NCBI GenBank assembly: GCA_963665295.1
Contig: OY762209.1
Location: 4,640,001 to 4,704,000, forward strand
Length of the DNA: 64,000 nt
Origin: Syntrophorhabdaceae bacterium
Lineage (GTDB): Bacteria; Desulfobacterota; Syntrophorhabdia; Syntrophorhabdales; Syntrophorhabdaceae
Direction: 5' to 3'
In this document: piece by piece, positions 21,066-29,922 of the stretch
Layout: each line of letters opens with the position of its first letter
Numbering within the stretch: position 1 is the stretch's first letter
Made by a program: the position numbers and the translations under genes
The notes under the pieces: generated by a model
The model's database searches: none
Told to the model about the DNA's origin: nothing
The model's input: the letters and a program-made list of their open reading frames with translations, nothing else

Positions 21066-21621
21066 AACATACCTCCAGGAAGTTTTCTATCATCATGAGC
21101 CCATCCCGGGTCGCATACGATTCGGGATGAAACTGAAATCCGAAGACATTCATGGCCCTGTCTTCTATGGCCATGATCTCGCCGTCGCTCCTCGCGACAG
21201 CACATACGTCAAAATCGTTCCGGTCGATGTCGACCACCAGGGAGTGGTACCTTACCGCGGCGAACTCGTCACCCACCCCTTCGAGCAAAAGACCCCCGCG
21301 CCTTTCTATGGTATCCACCTTCCCGTGCATGATCCTTCGCGCCTTTCTGACCGGATTGCCGGAGGCATAAGCTATGGCCTGCATCCCGAGGCAGATGCCC
21401 AATATGGGGACTTTGCCCTTGAAGAGGCGGATGACGTCGAGCGTAAGGAGGGATGATGCGGGATGGGACGGCCCGGGCGACAGTACTATGCCTTCCACCT
21501 TGCAGGCAACGACCTTATCGATACTCTCCGTGTTCCTGAAGACCTTCACGGGCCGGTACCTGCTCAGGTAGTCATAGATGTTGTACGTAAAAGAATCGTA
21601 GTTATCGATTAACGCTATCAT
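21052..21621 (-). CDS. trpG: anthranilate synthase component II (glutamine amidotransferase)
   Basis: IDNYDSFTYN, SPGPSHP, LGICLGMQ, RYHSL and QFHPES motifs. Confidence 0.96.
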   Translation of the reverse strand: MIALIDNYDSFTYNIYDYLSRYRPVKVFRNTESIDKVVACKVEGIVLSPGPSHPASSLLTLDVIRLFKGKVPILGICLGMQAIAYASGNPVRKARRIMHGKVDTIERRGGLLLEGVGDEFAAVRYHSLVVDIDRNDFDVCAVARSDGEIMAIEDRAMNVFGFQFHPESYATRDGLMMIENFLEVCYGKA

Positions 21622-23035
21622 ATACCCCTCCTGCCCTTGTAAGGGCTCCCAGTTTGTTCACAACTTCCTGGTATTCCTTCTCCGGCCGGCTGTCATAGAC
21701 TATGCCCGCCCCCGCCTGGAGGCGCGCCGATCTTCCGGAAAAATAGCCGGTCCGTATGGTAATGGCCATATCGAGGTTACCGTTGAAACCCACGTACCCC
21801 AGGCAGCCCGCGTAGGGGCCCCTCGAACCTTCCTCCGTTTCATCGATAATTTCGATGGCCCGCGTCTTCGGCGCTCCCGACACGGTGCCTGCGGGAAAAG
21901 TCTTTCTCACTGCGTCGAGAATGGTCACGTCCCGTCTCAACCGGCCCTTTACAAGAGAAACGAGATGCACCACGTGAGAATAAACCTCCGGCGCCATATA
22001 ACTCTCCACCCTGACGCTCCCCGCGGCACAAATACAGGACAGGTCGTTCCGCGCAAGATCGACAAGCATAAGATGCTCCGCCCTTTCCTTCTCGTCCGAG
22101 GAAAGGTCTTCGATGATCTTCCCCACGTCGTCCGATTCCCCCCTCGGTTTCGTGCCCGCAATGGGCTTCAGCATGGCTATCCCGTCGGTTATCCTGATGT
22201 GCACCTCGGGGCTTGAACCCACGATGAAAGTGTCCCCGTCCTTCAGAAAATACATGTAGGGAGAGGGATTGATTCTCCTCAAGTTCCTGTAGAACTCGAA
22301 GGGGTCCAGGTCCTCCACCTGAAGGTAATCGGAAAGGACCACCTGTATGGCTTCCCCTTCCTCGATCATGCCTTTTATTTTGTTTACCTTGTCCATGAAT
22401 TCCTGTTTGGGAATTGTCCTCGAAATCACCGGATTCCCCTGAGTGGAGGCGACCCTCGGGAGCCTTGACAGGTGTTCCCCCATGCCGTTCAACTCCTCCT
22501 CCATGGCCCGGTACAGCTTCTCCGGCGGCACGTCTTTATCGGTCTTCCTTGAAAGGGCGAGATAGGCATTGTTTGTGTAGTTGTCATAGACGAGCCACTT
22601 CTCTACCAGGTAGAACACACCCAGGGTACCGTTCCGTTTTTCGAGGGGCATTCTCAGTATGTCGCACGCTTCGACAAATTCATAGTTGAGGTATCCCACG
22701 TATCCGCCACGGAAATTTCCGAAATCTCCTGTCGCGGGTGCGCACACCCGGGACACGTCCTTTTCCAGATACGAAGCATCCCCCATCAGTTCGTCACCGC
22801 GATACACGCCTTTGTCCGTGAGGGTCACCTTCTCCCCGATGTCAAAGGCAAGGAAGGAGAACCTGCTGTAAGTTTTGTCTCCCCTCGCGCTCTCCAGGAG
22901 AATCGCCCGCGGCAGCCCCATGAGCCTTGCGAGGATGGAAACCGGCGTGTCCATGTCGGCCCCTGTCTCTTTGTACAGGGTGATCCTCTCAACCTGTCCG
23001 GCCAGTTCCATAAACTCTTCAAATGTCGGGTACAT
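21602..23035 (-). CDS. trpE: anthranilate synthase component I
   Basis: LLES, NPSPYM, GSSPE, PIAGT, KERAEHLMLVDLARND and FPAGTVSGAPK motifs; GAGGAGG SD. Confidence 0.97.
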   Translation of the reverse strand: MYPTFEEFMELAGQVERITLYKETGADMDTPVSILARLMGLPRAILLESARGDKTYSRFSFLAFDIGEKVTLTDKGVYRGDELMGDASYLEKDVSRVCAPATGDFGNFRGGYVGYLNYEFVEACDILRMPLEKRNGTLGVFYLVEKWLVYDNYTNNAYLALSRKTDKDVPPEKLYRAMEEELNGMGEHLSRLPRVASTQGNPVISRTIPKQEFMDKVNKIKGMIEEGEAIQVVLSDYLQVEDLDPFEFYRNLRRINPSPYMYFLKDGDTFIVGSSPEVHIRITDGIAMLKPIAGTKPRGESDDVGKIIEDLSSDEKERAEHLMLVDLARNDLSCICAAGSVRVESYMAPEVYSHVVHLVSLVKGRLRRDVTILDAVRKTFPAGTVSGAPKTRAIEIIDETEEGSRGPYAGCLGYVGFNGNLDMAITIRTGYFSGRSARLQAGAGIVYDSRPEKEYQEVVNKLGALTRAGGVYDSVNR

Positions 23036-23050
23036 CAATTACCTCCTCAG

Positions 23051-23190
23051 AAAATAAAAAAACCGTTTCAGGCCACCCTGGGGCACCTGAAACGGCATGA
23101 AATAAAAAGGCCGTTTAAGCCTCCGGGGTATTGCTACCCCAAAGAGCCCAAACGGCCACACTCTGCAGGATAGCTGTTAGCTACCCCACC
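23051..23190 (-). promoter_or_regulatory. Trp transcription attenuator of the trp operon, with two tandem terminator hairpins
   Basis: mRNA segments: 1 (GGGGUAGCU) pairs with 2 (AGCUAUCCUGCAGAG), and 2 pairs with 3 (CUCUUUGGGGUAGC). T1 is GGCCGUUU...AAACGGCC plus UUUUUAUUU (23101-23157). T2 is CCGUUUCAGG...CCUGAAACGG plus U7 (23051-23095). Confidence 0.88.
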
Positions 23191-23236
23191 ACCAATTGTT
23201 CAGCTTGGATACTAATATAACCTGGGACTGATTCAT
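23177..23236 (-). CDS. trpL: trp operon leader peptide MNQSQVILVSKLNNWWWGS
   Basis: 19-codon ORF with three consecutive TGG codons directly upstream of the attenuator. Confidence 0.9.
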   Translation of the reverse strand: MNQSQVILVSKLNNWWWGS

Positions 23237-23242
23237 GAGCTA

Positions 23243-23272
23243 ATTGTATCAGGGCCCGCATGGTCCTGTCAA
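23243..23272 (-). promoter_or_regulatory. trp operon promoter
   Basis: TTGACA, 18 nt, TACAAT, ending 6 nt before the trpL ATG. Confidence 0.75.
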
Positions 23273-23506
23273 CTTCTTTCTTTCTGCCGGCCATGAGGGC
23301 CGGCCGAGGATTCATATGTCCATGAGAGTCCGCAGCAGCTACGAAACGGCGCCGTTGACATCCGTTTCCAGTTCGGCGACATCCGTTTTGCACAACATCC
23401 CCCTTGTCTTTCAGACTGTTATGGTCTACAATATAGTTAGACTGAGAAACAGATTTTATCTCTTTCGAAGTGTCTATTTTATATTCTGATCTAAAGGAGC
23501 CGTCCG

Positions 23507-23776
23507 ATAGAAAAGAGACTGGGTGCCATCGTAATCCTGATATCAAGCAAGGCAAGCGTCCCGAAGATCAACTCGTTGCTTTCCGATTACTCGGAGCTCA
23601 TCCTGGGGCGACAGGGCATTCCCTTGCGGGAAAAAGGGATCAACGTCATCTCTGTCGTTGTAGAGGGGAACACGGATCAGATTAACGCCCTCACGGGGAA
23701 AATAGGCAAGCTCGAAGGCGCGGAGGTAAAGTCTATTCTCACGAAATACAAGGAGAATAGCAATGACAGAGAATAA
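23507..23776 (+). CDS. TM1266-family putative iron-only hydrogenase system regulator (ACT-like); ATA at the expected start
   Basis: (M)EKRLGAIVILI...KINSLLSDYSELILGRQGIP..INVISVVVEG..DQINALTGKIGKL; AAGGAG 7 nt upstream of ATA-23507; overlaps hydG. Confidence 0.85.
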   Translation: MEKRLGAIVILISSKASVPKINSLLSDYSELILGRQGIPLREKGINVISVVVEGNTDQINALTGKIGKLEGAEVKSILTKYKENSNDRE

Positions 23777-25163
23777 GAAGGAAAAGCCCTTTATCGACCG
23801 GGATAAGCTCTATGGCCTTATCGAAGGAAGGGCGCCCACGGAAAGCGAACTCGACTCGATCCTCAACAAGTCCCTCGATTTCAAGGGGCTGAACCTGGGT
23901 GAAGTTGCCTCTCTCCTGAGGGCACGGGATCCCCTGCAGATCCACAGGATCATGGAAGCGGCGCGGATCGTGAAGGAGCATATCTACGGCAGGCGCCTCG
24001 TCTTCTTTGCCCCCATCTACACGGGCAACGTCTGCGTGAACAACTGCCTTTACTGCGCATTCCGGAGCGACAACAAAACCCTCACCCGCAAGGTCCTTTC
24101 CATGCCCGAGATTGCCCGCGAGGTATCAAGCCTCCTGAAAGAGGGACACAAGAGAATATTGCTTATCTGCGGCGAGTCGGCGAGAAACAGCACCGATTAT
24201 ATGGTTGAGGCCATCCGCACTACATACGGCGTGAAGGAAGGGAGTAATTACGTGCGGAGGATCAACGTCGAGCTCGCCCCCATGCCGGTCGATGACTTCA
24301 GGAAACTCAGGGACGAAAAGATAGGCACCTATGTCTGCTTCCAGGAGACCTACGACCCGGTTCTCTACAAAAAGTATCATCCCGCCGGCACCCCGAAGTC
24401 GGATTACGAAAACAGGGTTACCGTCTTTGACAGGGCCATGGAAGCGGGGATCAGCGATGTGGGGCTTGGCGTATTGTTCGGTCTCGCGGACTACCGTTTC
24501 GAGATACTCGCCCTGATGGAACACGCCCGCCATCTCGAGGAAGTCTTCGGATGCGGCCCCCATACCATAAGCTTTCCCCGCATCGAACCCGCCGACAACG
24601 CGCCCCTGACGCAGGATATCCCTCATAGGGTAAGTGATGATGATTTCAAGAAGATTATCGCCATCATCAGGATTGCCCTCCCTTATACAGGCATCATCCT
24701 GAGTACGAGGGAGGGTGAGGAAACCCGTACGGAGCTGTTCAATTACGGGGTAAGTCAGATATCGGCCGGTTCACGCACAAACCCCGGCGCTTATTCACAG
24801 GAAGATGCTCAAACGGGCAGCCAGTTCTCTTTAGGAGACCACCGGACCCTCGATGAGGTGATCTCAAGCATCATCGATAAGGAGTATATTCCCTCCTTTT
24901 GCACCGGGTGTTACCGGAAGGGGAGGATCGGCAACGATTTCATGGACCTTGCAAAGCCGGGTCTCATAAAAGAGTTCTGCATGCCCAACGCGGTATTCAC
25001 GTTCAAGGAATATCTCCTGGACTTCGCGTCTCCCGCCACAAAGGAAAAAGGCCTCGCCCTCGTGAACAGGATACTCTCCGGCATCGAGAAGGAGCCTCTG
25101 AGGAAGAAAATGGCGGATACCCTGCACGAGATCGAAGAGGGTAAAAGGGACTTGTACTTCTAA
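23763..25163 (+). CDS. hydG: [FeFe]-hydrogenase maturase HydG (radical SAM tyrosine lyase)
   Basis: CVNNCLYC radical-SAM motif, FQETY, GPHTISFPR (His) and the C-terminal PSFCTGCYR...FCMPN second-cluster motif. Confidence 0.93.
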   Translation: MTENKKEKPFIDRDKLYGLIEGRAPTESELDSILNKSLDFKGLNLGEVASLLRARDPLQIHRIMEAARIVKEHIYGRRLVFFAPIYTGNVCVNNCLYCAFRSDNKTLTRKVLSMPEIAREVSSLLKEGHKRILLICGESARNSTDYMVEAIRTTYGVKEGSNYVRRINVELAPMPVDDFRKLRDEKIGTYVCFQETYDPVLYKKYHPAGTPKSDYENRVTVFDRAMEAGISDVGLGVLFGLADYRFEILALMEHARHLEEVFGCGPHTISFPRIEPADNAPLTQDIPHRVSDDDFKKIIAIIRIALPYTGIILSTREGEETRTELFNYGVSQISAGSRTNPGAYSQEDAQTGSQFSLGDHRTLDEVISSIIDKEYIPSFCTGCYRKGRIGNDFMDLAKPGLIKEFCMPNAVFTFKEYLLDFASPATKEKGLALVNRILSGIEKEPLRKKMADTLHEIEEGKRDLYF

Positions 25164-25176
25164 GGAACGCACCTTC

Positions 25177-26778
25177 TCAGCCCCCGGAAGCGCCGGTCTT
25201 CCCATCGGTAGGCACGACGTCCGCCTGGGGAGGGCGCACGCCCTGCGGGCGCTTCTCCGCGATATCTGCCGCTGTAGGCAGGGACGATGTGGTCCATCCG
25301 CCTCCCAGGGCCTGGACGAGACCCACGCTCGCGGTCATTCGCCGACCCGCGATGATGACCGCCGTTGTCTCCGCGCTGAATGCGCTCGCTTCCGCCACGA
25401 CCACGTTGAGGTAGTTCACGAGACCCCACTTATACTGGGTCAGGGCAAAATCCACGGACTGACGGGCCACTTTCACCGCGTCGTCCTGGGCTTTTGCCTC
25501 TTCTTCAAGGATACGCAGCGCCGCGAGGTTGTCTTCCACCTGTTGAAACGCGGTAAGTACGGTCTGACGGTACGATGCCACGCTTTGATCGTACGCGGCC
25601 CGCGCCTGATCGTTAAGAGCGGCCGTCGCGCCACCGTCAAATATGGTCTGAGCCATGGCCGACCCTACGGACCACAACCTGCTCGACGGAGAGAAGAGGG
25701 TCGAATAATCCGTGCTTTGATAGCCCGATGAACCCGACAGGGTAATGGTCGGGAAATATGCCGCTTTTGCAATCCCGATCTGGGCGTTCGCCGCGACAAC
25801 GCTCCGCTCCGCCGACGCAATATCGGGCCTCCTCTCAAGGAGCGTTGACGGTACCCCCGCGGGCACGTCAGGAGGCGTCACGTCAAGAGGTGAAAAGGGT
25901 ATGGAAAAATCCGAGGCCGGTTTACCCACGAGGAGCGCGCATGCGTGCTCCGTCTGGGCGCGCGACACGCGGATGTCAATCGCCTTTGCTTCCGTGATCT
26001 TGAGCTGGGTTTCCGCCAGAAGCATGTCACCCTTCGCGATGACACCGCTTTCATACTGGTTTCTTGTCAGTTCGAGGGACTTCCTGTAGGCGGTTACCGT
26101 CTTGTCAAGAAGCTCCTGTTGCCGGTCCAGAGCGCGAAGGACGAAATAGTTCTGGGCCAGAGCAGCCTGCATGCTGAGGCGCACCCCTTCGAGGTCCGCC
26201 GCGCTCGCCTGGGCACCCGCCCTGCTCGCCTCCACCGTGCGGCGTATCCTCCCCCACACGTCCATCTCCCACGATGATATATTGAGGGGCGCCGAGTAGA
26301 CAGTGGTAGTGCCGGGCGGTGTGCTGCCGGTAACCACATTGCCCGACCTCAAGGCTCGCGTGACCCCGGGGTTAGCGGTGATGGTCGGGAAAAACGCCGC
26401 TCTCGCCGATTGGACGAGGGCGGCCGCCTGGCGGAACTGCGCTTCGGCGATAGCCACATTCTGGTTTGAGATGCTCACCTGTTCTTCCAGGGCGTTTAAC
26501 CGGGGGTCCCCGTATATCTCCCACCAGGAACCTCGAAAAACATCATCCTTCGGTTCCGCTATCTTCCACCCTTTGTCTTCCTTGTATGCCTTCGGGACGG
26601 GGGCATCCGGCTTCACGTAATCAGGACCGATCGCACAGGCGCCGACCATGACGAGAAGGGCCGCCCCAACCGCCAATGCTACGGGATAAAAAGAAGACCT
26701 CCGACCCGCGCATACGCCCATCCGCGCCATCATCCTTCTCTCGCTCCATATATGTATCCAGTGCAACATCTTGTTCAC
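25177..26778 (-). CDS. RND efflux outer membrane lipoprotein (NodT/OprM family)
   Basis: VGACAIGPDY lipobox, WWEIYGDP.LN.LE, SWEMDVWG, LLERRPDI.SAER and LVQALGGGW motifs. The true start is probably downstream of 26778. Confidence 0.92.
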   Translation of the reverse strand: MNKMLHWIHIWSERRMMARMGVCAGRRSSFYPVALAVGAALLVMVGACAIGPDYVKPDAPVPKAYKEDKGWKIAEPKDDVFRGSWWEIYGDPRLNALEEQVSISNQNVAIAEAQFRQAAALVQSARAAFFPTITANPGVTRALRSGNVVTGSTPPGTTTVYSAPLNISSWEMDVWGRIRRTVEASRAGAQASAADLEGVRLSMQAALAQNYFVLRALDRQQELLDKTVTAYRKSLELTRNQYESGVIAKGDMLLAETQLKITEAKAIDIRVSRAQTEHACALLVGKPASDFSIPFSPLDVTPPDVPAGVPSTLLERRPDIASAERSVVAANAQIGIAKAAYFPTITLSGSSGYQSTDYSTLFSPSSRLWSVGSAMAQTIFDGGATAALNDQARAAYDQSVASYRQTVLTAFQQVEDNLAALRILEEEAKAQDDAVKVARQSVDFALTQYKWGLVNYLNVVVAEASAFSAETTAVIIAGRRMTASVGLVQALGGGWTTSSLPTAADIAEKRPQGVRPPQADVVPTDGKTGASGG

Positions 26779-26787
26779 CTCTGTATA

Positions 26788-29700
26788 TCAGTGGTCTATA
26801 GGGACCCTGGCCATATCGGGACCGGGCTGCTTCCCGTTTATTCCTCGTTTCTTTTTGATCCAGAACCTGAAACGATCAAGGTAAAGATACATTACCGGCG
26901 TGGTGTAGAGGGTAAGCATCTGGCTGATCGCCAACCCTCCGACAATGGTGATACCGAGGGGCCGACGAAGCTCCGACCCTACGCCAGTGCCCAGGGCAAG
27001 GGGGAGAGCGCCCAGGAGGGCCGCCATGGTGGTCATCATGATGGGACGGAACCGGAGAAGACAGGCCTCATAGATCGCCTCTTCAGGGCCCTTCCCCTCA
27101 GTACGCTCCGCCTCCAGGGCGAAGTCCACCATCATGATCCCGTTCTTCTTCACGAGCCCGATGAGAAGGAAGATCCCGATGAGGGCAATAAGACTCAGTT
27201 CCGTACGGCAGATCAGGAGGGCAAGCATGGCCCCCACTCCCGCGGAAGGCAGGGTTGACAGGATGGTGATGGGGTGGATGTAGCTCTCGTAGAGCATGCC
27301 GAGCACGATATAGACCGTCACCAGGGCCGCAAGTATCAGGAACGGTTGGTTGGCCGCCGAATCCTTGAACGCCTGGGCGGTACCCGCAAAACTGGTCCTA
27401 ATATTGCCGGGGAACCCCATTTCCCGCTGCGCTTTTTCCACCGCATCCACCGCGTTGCCGAGGGGCACCCGGGGGGCCAGATTAAAAGAAACCGTCACCG
27501 AAGGAAACTGGCTCTGGTGGGGAACGGCAAGGGAAGTCGCGGTTCTTTCGAACCGGGTGAAGGCGCTGAGGGGCGTCATTGAACCTGACGACGACCTCAC
27601 GTAGATATCCTTGAGTGAATCGGGACTCTGCCAGAAACTCGGCTCGACCCCCATTACCACGTGGTACTGGTTCAAAAGGGTGTAGGTAATGGAAACCTGG
27701 CGCTGGCCGAAGGCATCGTACAGGATATTGTCGATGGCCGCTGCGGATACGCCGAGCCGGGAGGCGGTGTCACGGTCTATTGCGAGGGTTGCTTCGAGCC
27801 CTTTCACCTGCTGGTCGCTGCTTACGTCCACGAGTTCGGGTAAGGTGCGCATCTTCTGGACTATGCGGGGTCCCCATACATTGAGGTCCTTCACATCCGT
27901 TGCCTGGAGCGTAAACTGATACAGGGCGTTCCCCATCCTCCCCCCGATACGCAGGTCCTGTACAGGCTGAAGGTAGGTCGGCGCCCCCGGTAATAGGGAA
28001 AGCTTTTTCCGAAGTCTCGCGATAACCTCGCCCGCCGTGGCCTTGCGCTCGTCGAAGGGTTTGAGGGAGATGAACATGTTTGCCGTATTCGCGGCGCTGC
28101 CTCCACCTCCGCCTCCGCCGGTAAAACCCGCCACGTACTCCACCTCGGGTTCGCCTTTGATGATGTCCACCACAGTGGCCAACTTCGCGCTCATGGCCTG
28201 GAAAGAGATGTCCTGCTCCGCCTGAATATTGCCTCTGATGCGTCCCGTGTCGGACTCGGGGAAGAAGCCCTTCGGGACCACGAAGAAGAGGGCGATATTG
28301 ACCACCACCGTGAGCACGGTAATACCGAGCATGAAGCGTGAGTGCCGAAGAGCCCACCTGAGGGTCACATCATAAAAGTCCCGCACCCGGTTAAAGAGCC
28401 CTTCGCTCGCCCTGTAGAGCCAGTGGTGGGTGTGCCGGCTCTCGGGTTGAAGAAGATATGCGCACATCATGGGCGTGGTGGTCAACGAGACAAAAAGGGA
28501 AACCAGTATGGCTGCGGAGAGGGTCACGGCAAACTCGCGAAATAACCGGCCCACCATGCCTCCCATCAGGAGGATGGGGATGAAGACCGCCACGAGGGAA
28601 AAACTCATGGACATAACCGTGAAGGCGATCTCCCTCGACCCTCTCAGGGCAGCCTGCATCGGGGCCATGCCCTTCTCCATGTGACGCGTAATATTTTCGA
28701 GCACAACGATGGCGTCATCGACCACAAAACCCGTGGCTATAGTGAGGGCCATGAGGGAGAGGTTATCAAGATTGTAGTCACAAAGGTACATGACCCCGAA
28801 GGTACCTACCAGCGATACCCCTACCGCGACCGCAGGAATGACGGTGGAACGGACATGTCTCAGAAAACCGAAAACCACGAGGATGACGAGGATCGCCGAA
28901 ACGAGCAGGGCTTTCTCCACGTCCTTCAGGGAGCCCCGGATGGGTGGTGTCCGGTCCTGGACGATCGACACTTGAACGCTGCCGGGCAATGAGGCCGCGA
29001 TCTGGGGGAGAAGCTCGCGGACACGGTCCACCGTCTCTATAATATTGGCCCCGGGCTGACGGAAGATGATCACCATAACCGAAGGCTTGCCGTTCACGAG
29101 CCCCAGGGTGCGCACATCCTCCACGGAATCCTCCACACGGGCCACATCCTCGAGACGCACCGCTGAGCCCGCCCTGTAGGCGAGGATTACGGAAGAACGG
29201 TATTGAGATGCCCGCCGCATCTGGTCGTTTGCCCGGACCTCCCAGGTCCTTGTGTCATCCGACACCTGACCCTTGGGCCGGTTTACGCTCGTGGCCGCAA
29301 GCACGCCGCGCACGTCTTCCAGGCTGATCCTGTATTTGTTCAGCGCCGTAGGGTTCACGTCCACACGAACCGCGGGAAGAGAGCCGCCTCCCACAAACAC
29401 CTGGCCTACGCCTTTCAACTGGGACAACTTCTGCTGCATAATGCTCGATGCGGCGTCATACAACTGCTGCCTGTTTATGATATCCGAGGTGAGGGCGACG
29501 ATCAGGACGGGCGCGTCGGCCGGGTTTACCTTCCGGTACGTGGGGTTATTGGGCAGGTTCGGCGGCAGGTATCCCCGGGCCGCGTTGATCGCTGCCTGTA
29601 CGTCCCTGGCTGCGCCGTCGATGTTCCTGTCGAGGTCGAATTGCATGGTGATGTTCGTGGTGCCCCGGAAACTGGTGGAGGTCATCTCCGTCACGCCCGC

Positions 29701-29922
29701 GATACGTCCGAACTGGCGCTCAAGAGGCGCTGCAACCGATGTGGCCATGGTCTCGGGGTCCGCTCCCGGAAGGCCCGCCGTCACCTGGATCGTAGGAAAG
29801 TCTACCTGGGGCAAGGGCGCTACGGGGAGCAGTTGAAAAGAGATGATTCCCGACAGGACTATCCCCAGGGTGATGAGGGTGGTCGCGACGGGCCTGTGAA
29901 TGAAAAGGGACGAAATGTTCAT
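26788..29922 (-). CDS. mdtC: RND efflux permease, MdtC-like
   Basis: [36 protein letters not shown] and [10 protein letters not shown] motifs. Confidence 0.9.
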   Translation of the reverse strand: MNISSLFIHRPVATTLITLGIVLSGIISFQLLPVAPLPQVDFPTIQVTAGLPGADPETMATSVAAPLERQFGRIAGVTEMTSTSFRGTTNITMQFDLDRNIDGAARDVQAAINAARGYLPPNLPNNPTYRKVNPADAPVLIVALTSDIINRQQLYDAASSIMQQKLSQLKGVGQVFVGGGSLPAVRVDVNPTALNKYRISLEDVRGVLAATSVNRPKGQVSDDTRTWEVRANDQMRRASQYRSSVILAYRAGSAVRLEDVARVEDSVEDVRTLGLVNGKPSVMVIIFRQPGANIIETVDRVRELLPQIAASLPGSVQVSIVQDRTPPIRGSLKDVEKALLVSAILVILVVFGFLRHVRSTVIPAVAVGVSLVGTFGVMYLCDYNLDNLSLMALTIATGFVVDDAIVVLENITRHMEKGMAPMQAALRGSREIAFTVMSMSFSLVAVFIPILLMGGMVGRLFREFAVTLSAAILVSLFVSLTTTPMMCAYLLQPESRHTHHWLYRASEGLFNRVRDFYDVTLRWALRHSRFMLGITVLTVVVNIALFFVVPKGFFPESDTGRIRGNIQAEQDISFQAMSAKLATVVDIIKGEPEVEYVAGFTGGGGGGGSAANTANMFISLKPFDERKATAGEVIARLRKKLSLLPGAPTYLQPVQDLRIGGRMGNALYQFTLQATDVKDLNVWGPRIVQKMRTLPELVDVSSDQQVKGLEATLAIDRDTASRLGVSAAAIDNILYDAFGQRQVSITYTLLNQYHVVMGVEPSFWQSPDSLKDIYVRSSSGSMTPLSAFTRFERTATSLAVPHQSQFPSVTVSFNLAPRVPLGNAVDAVEKAQREMGFPGNIRTSFAGTAQAFKDSAANQPFLILAALVTVYIVLGMLYESYIHPITILSTLPSAGVGAMLALLICRTELSLIALIGIFLLIGLVKKNGIMMVDFALEAERTEGKGPEEAIYEACLLRFRPIMMTTMAALLGALPLALGTGVGSELRRPLGITIVGGLAISQMLTLYTTPVMYLYLDRFRFWIKKKRGINGKQPGPDMARVPIDH

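Noticed and set aside
23181..23555. 124-aa minus-strand ORF upstream of trpE
   Set aside because: It runs across promoters, and the real leader peptide is in another frame; no protein-like features.
23763..25163. Radical SAM gene as thiH or a NosL-like tryptophan lyase, given the trp neighbourhood
   Set aside because: The C-terminal CxxC...C motif, the GPHTIS His and the TM1266-like partner all point to HydG.
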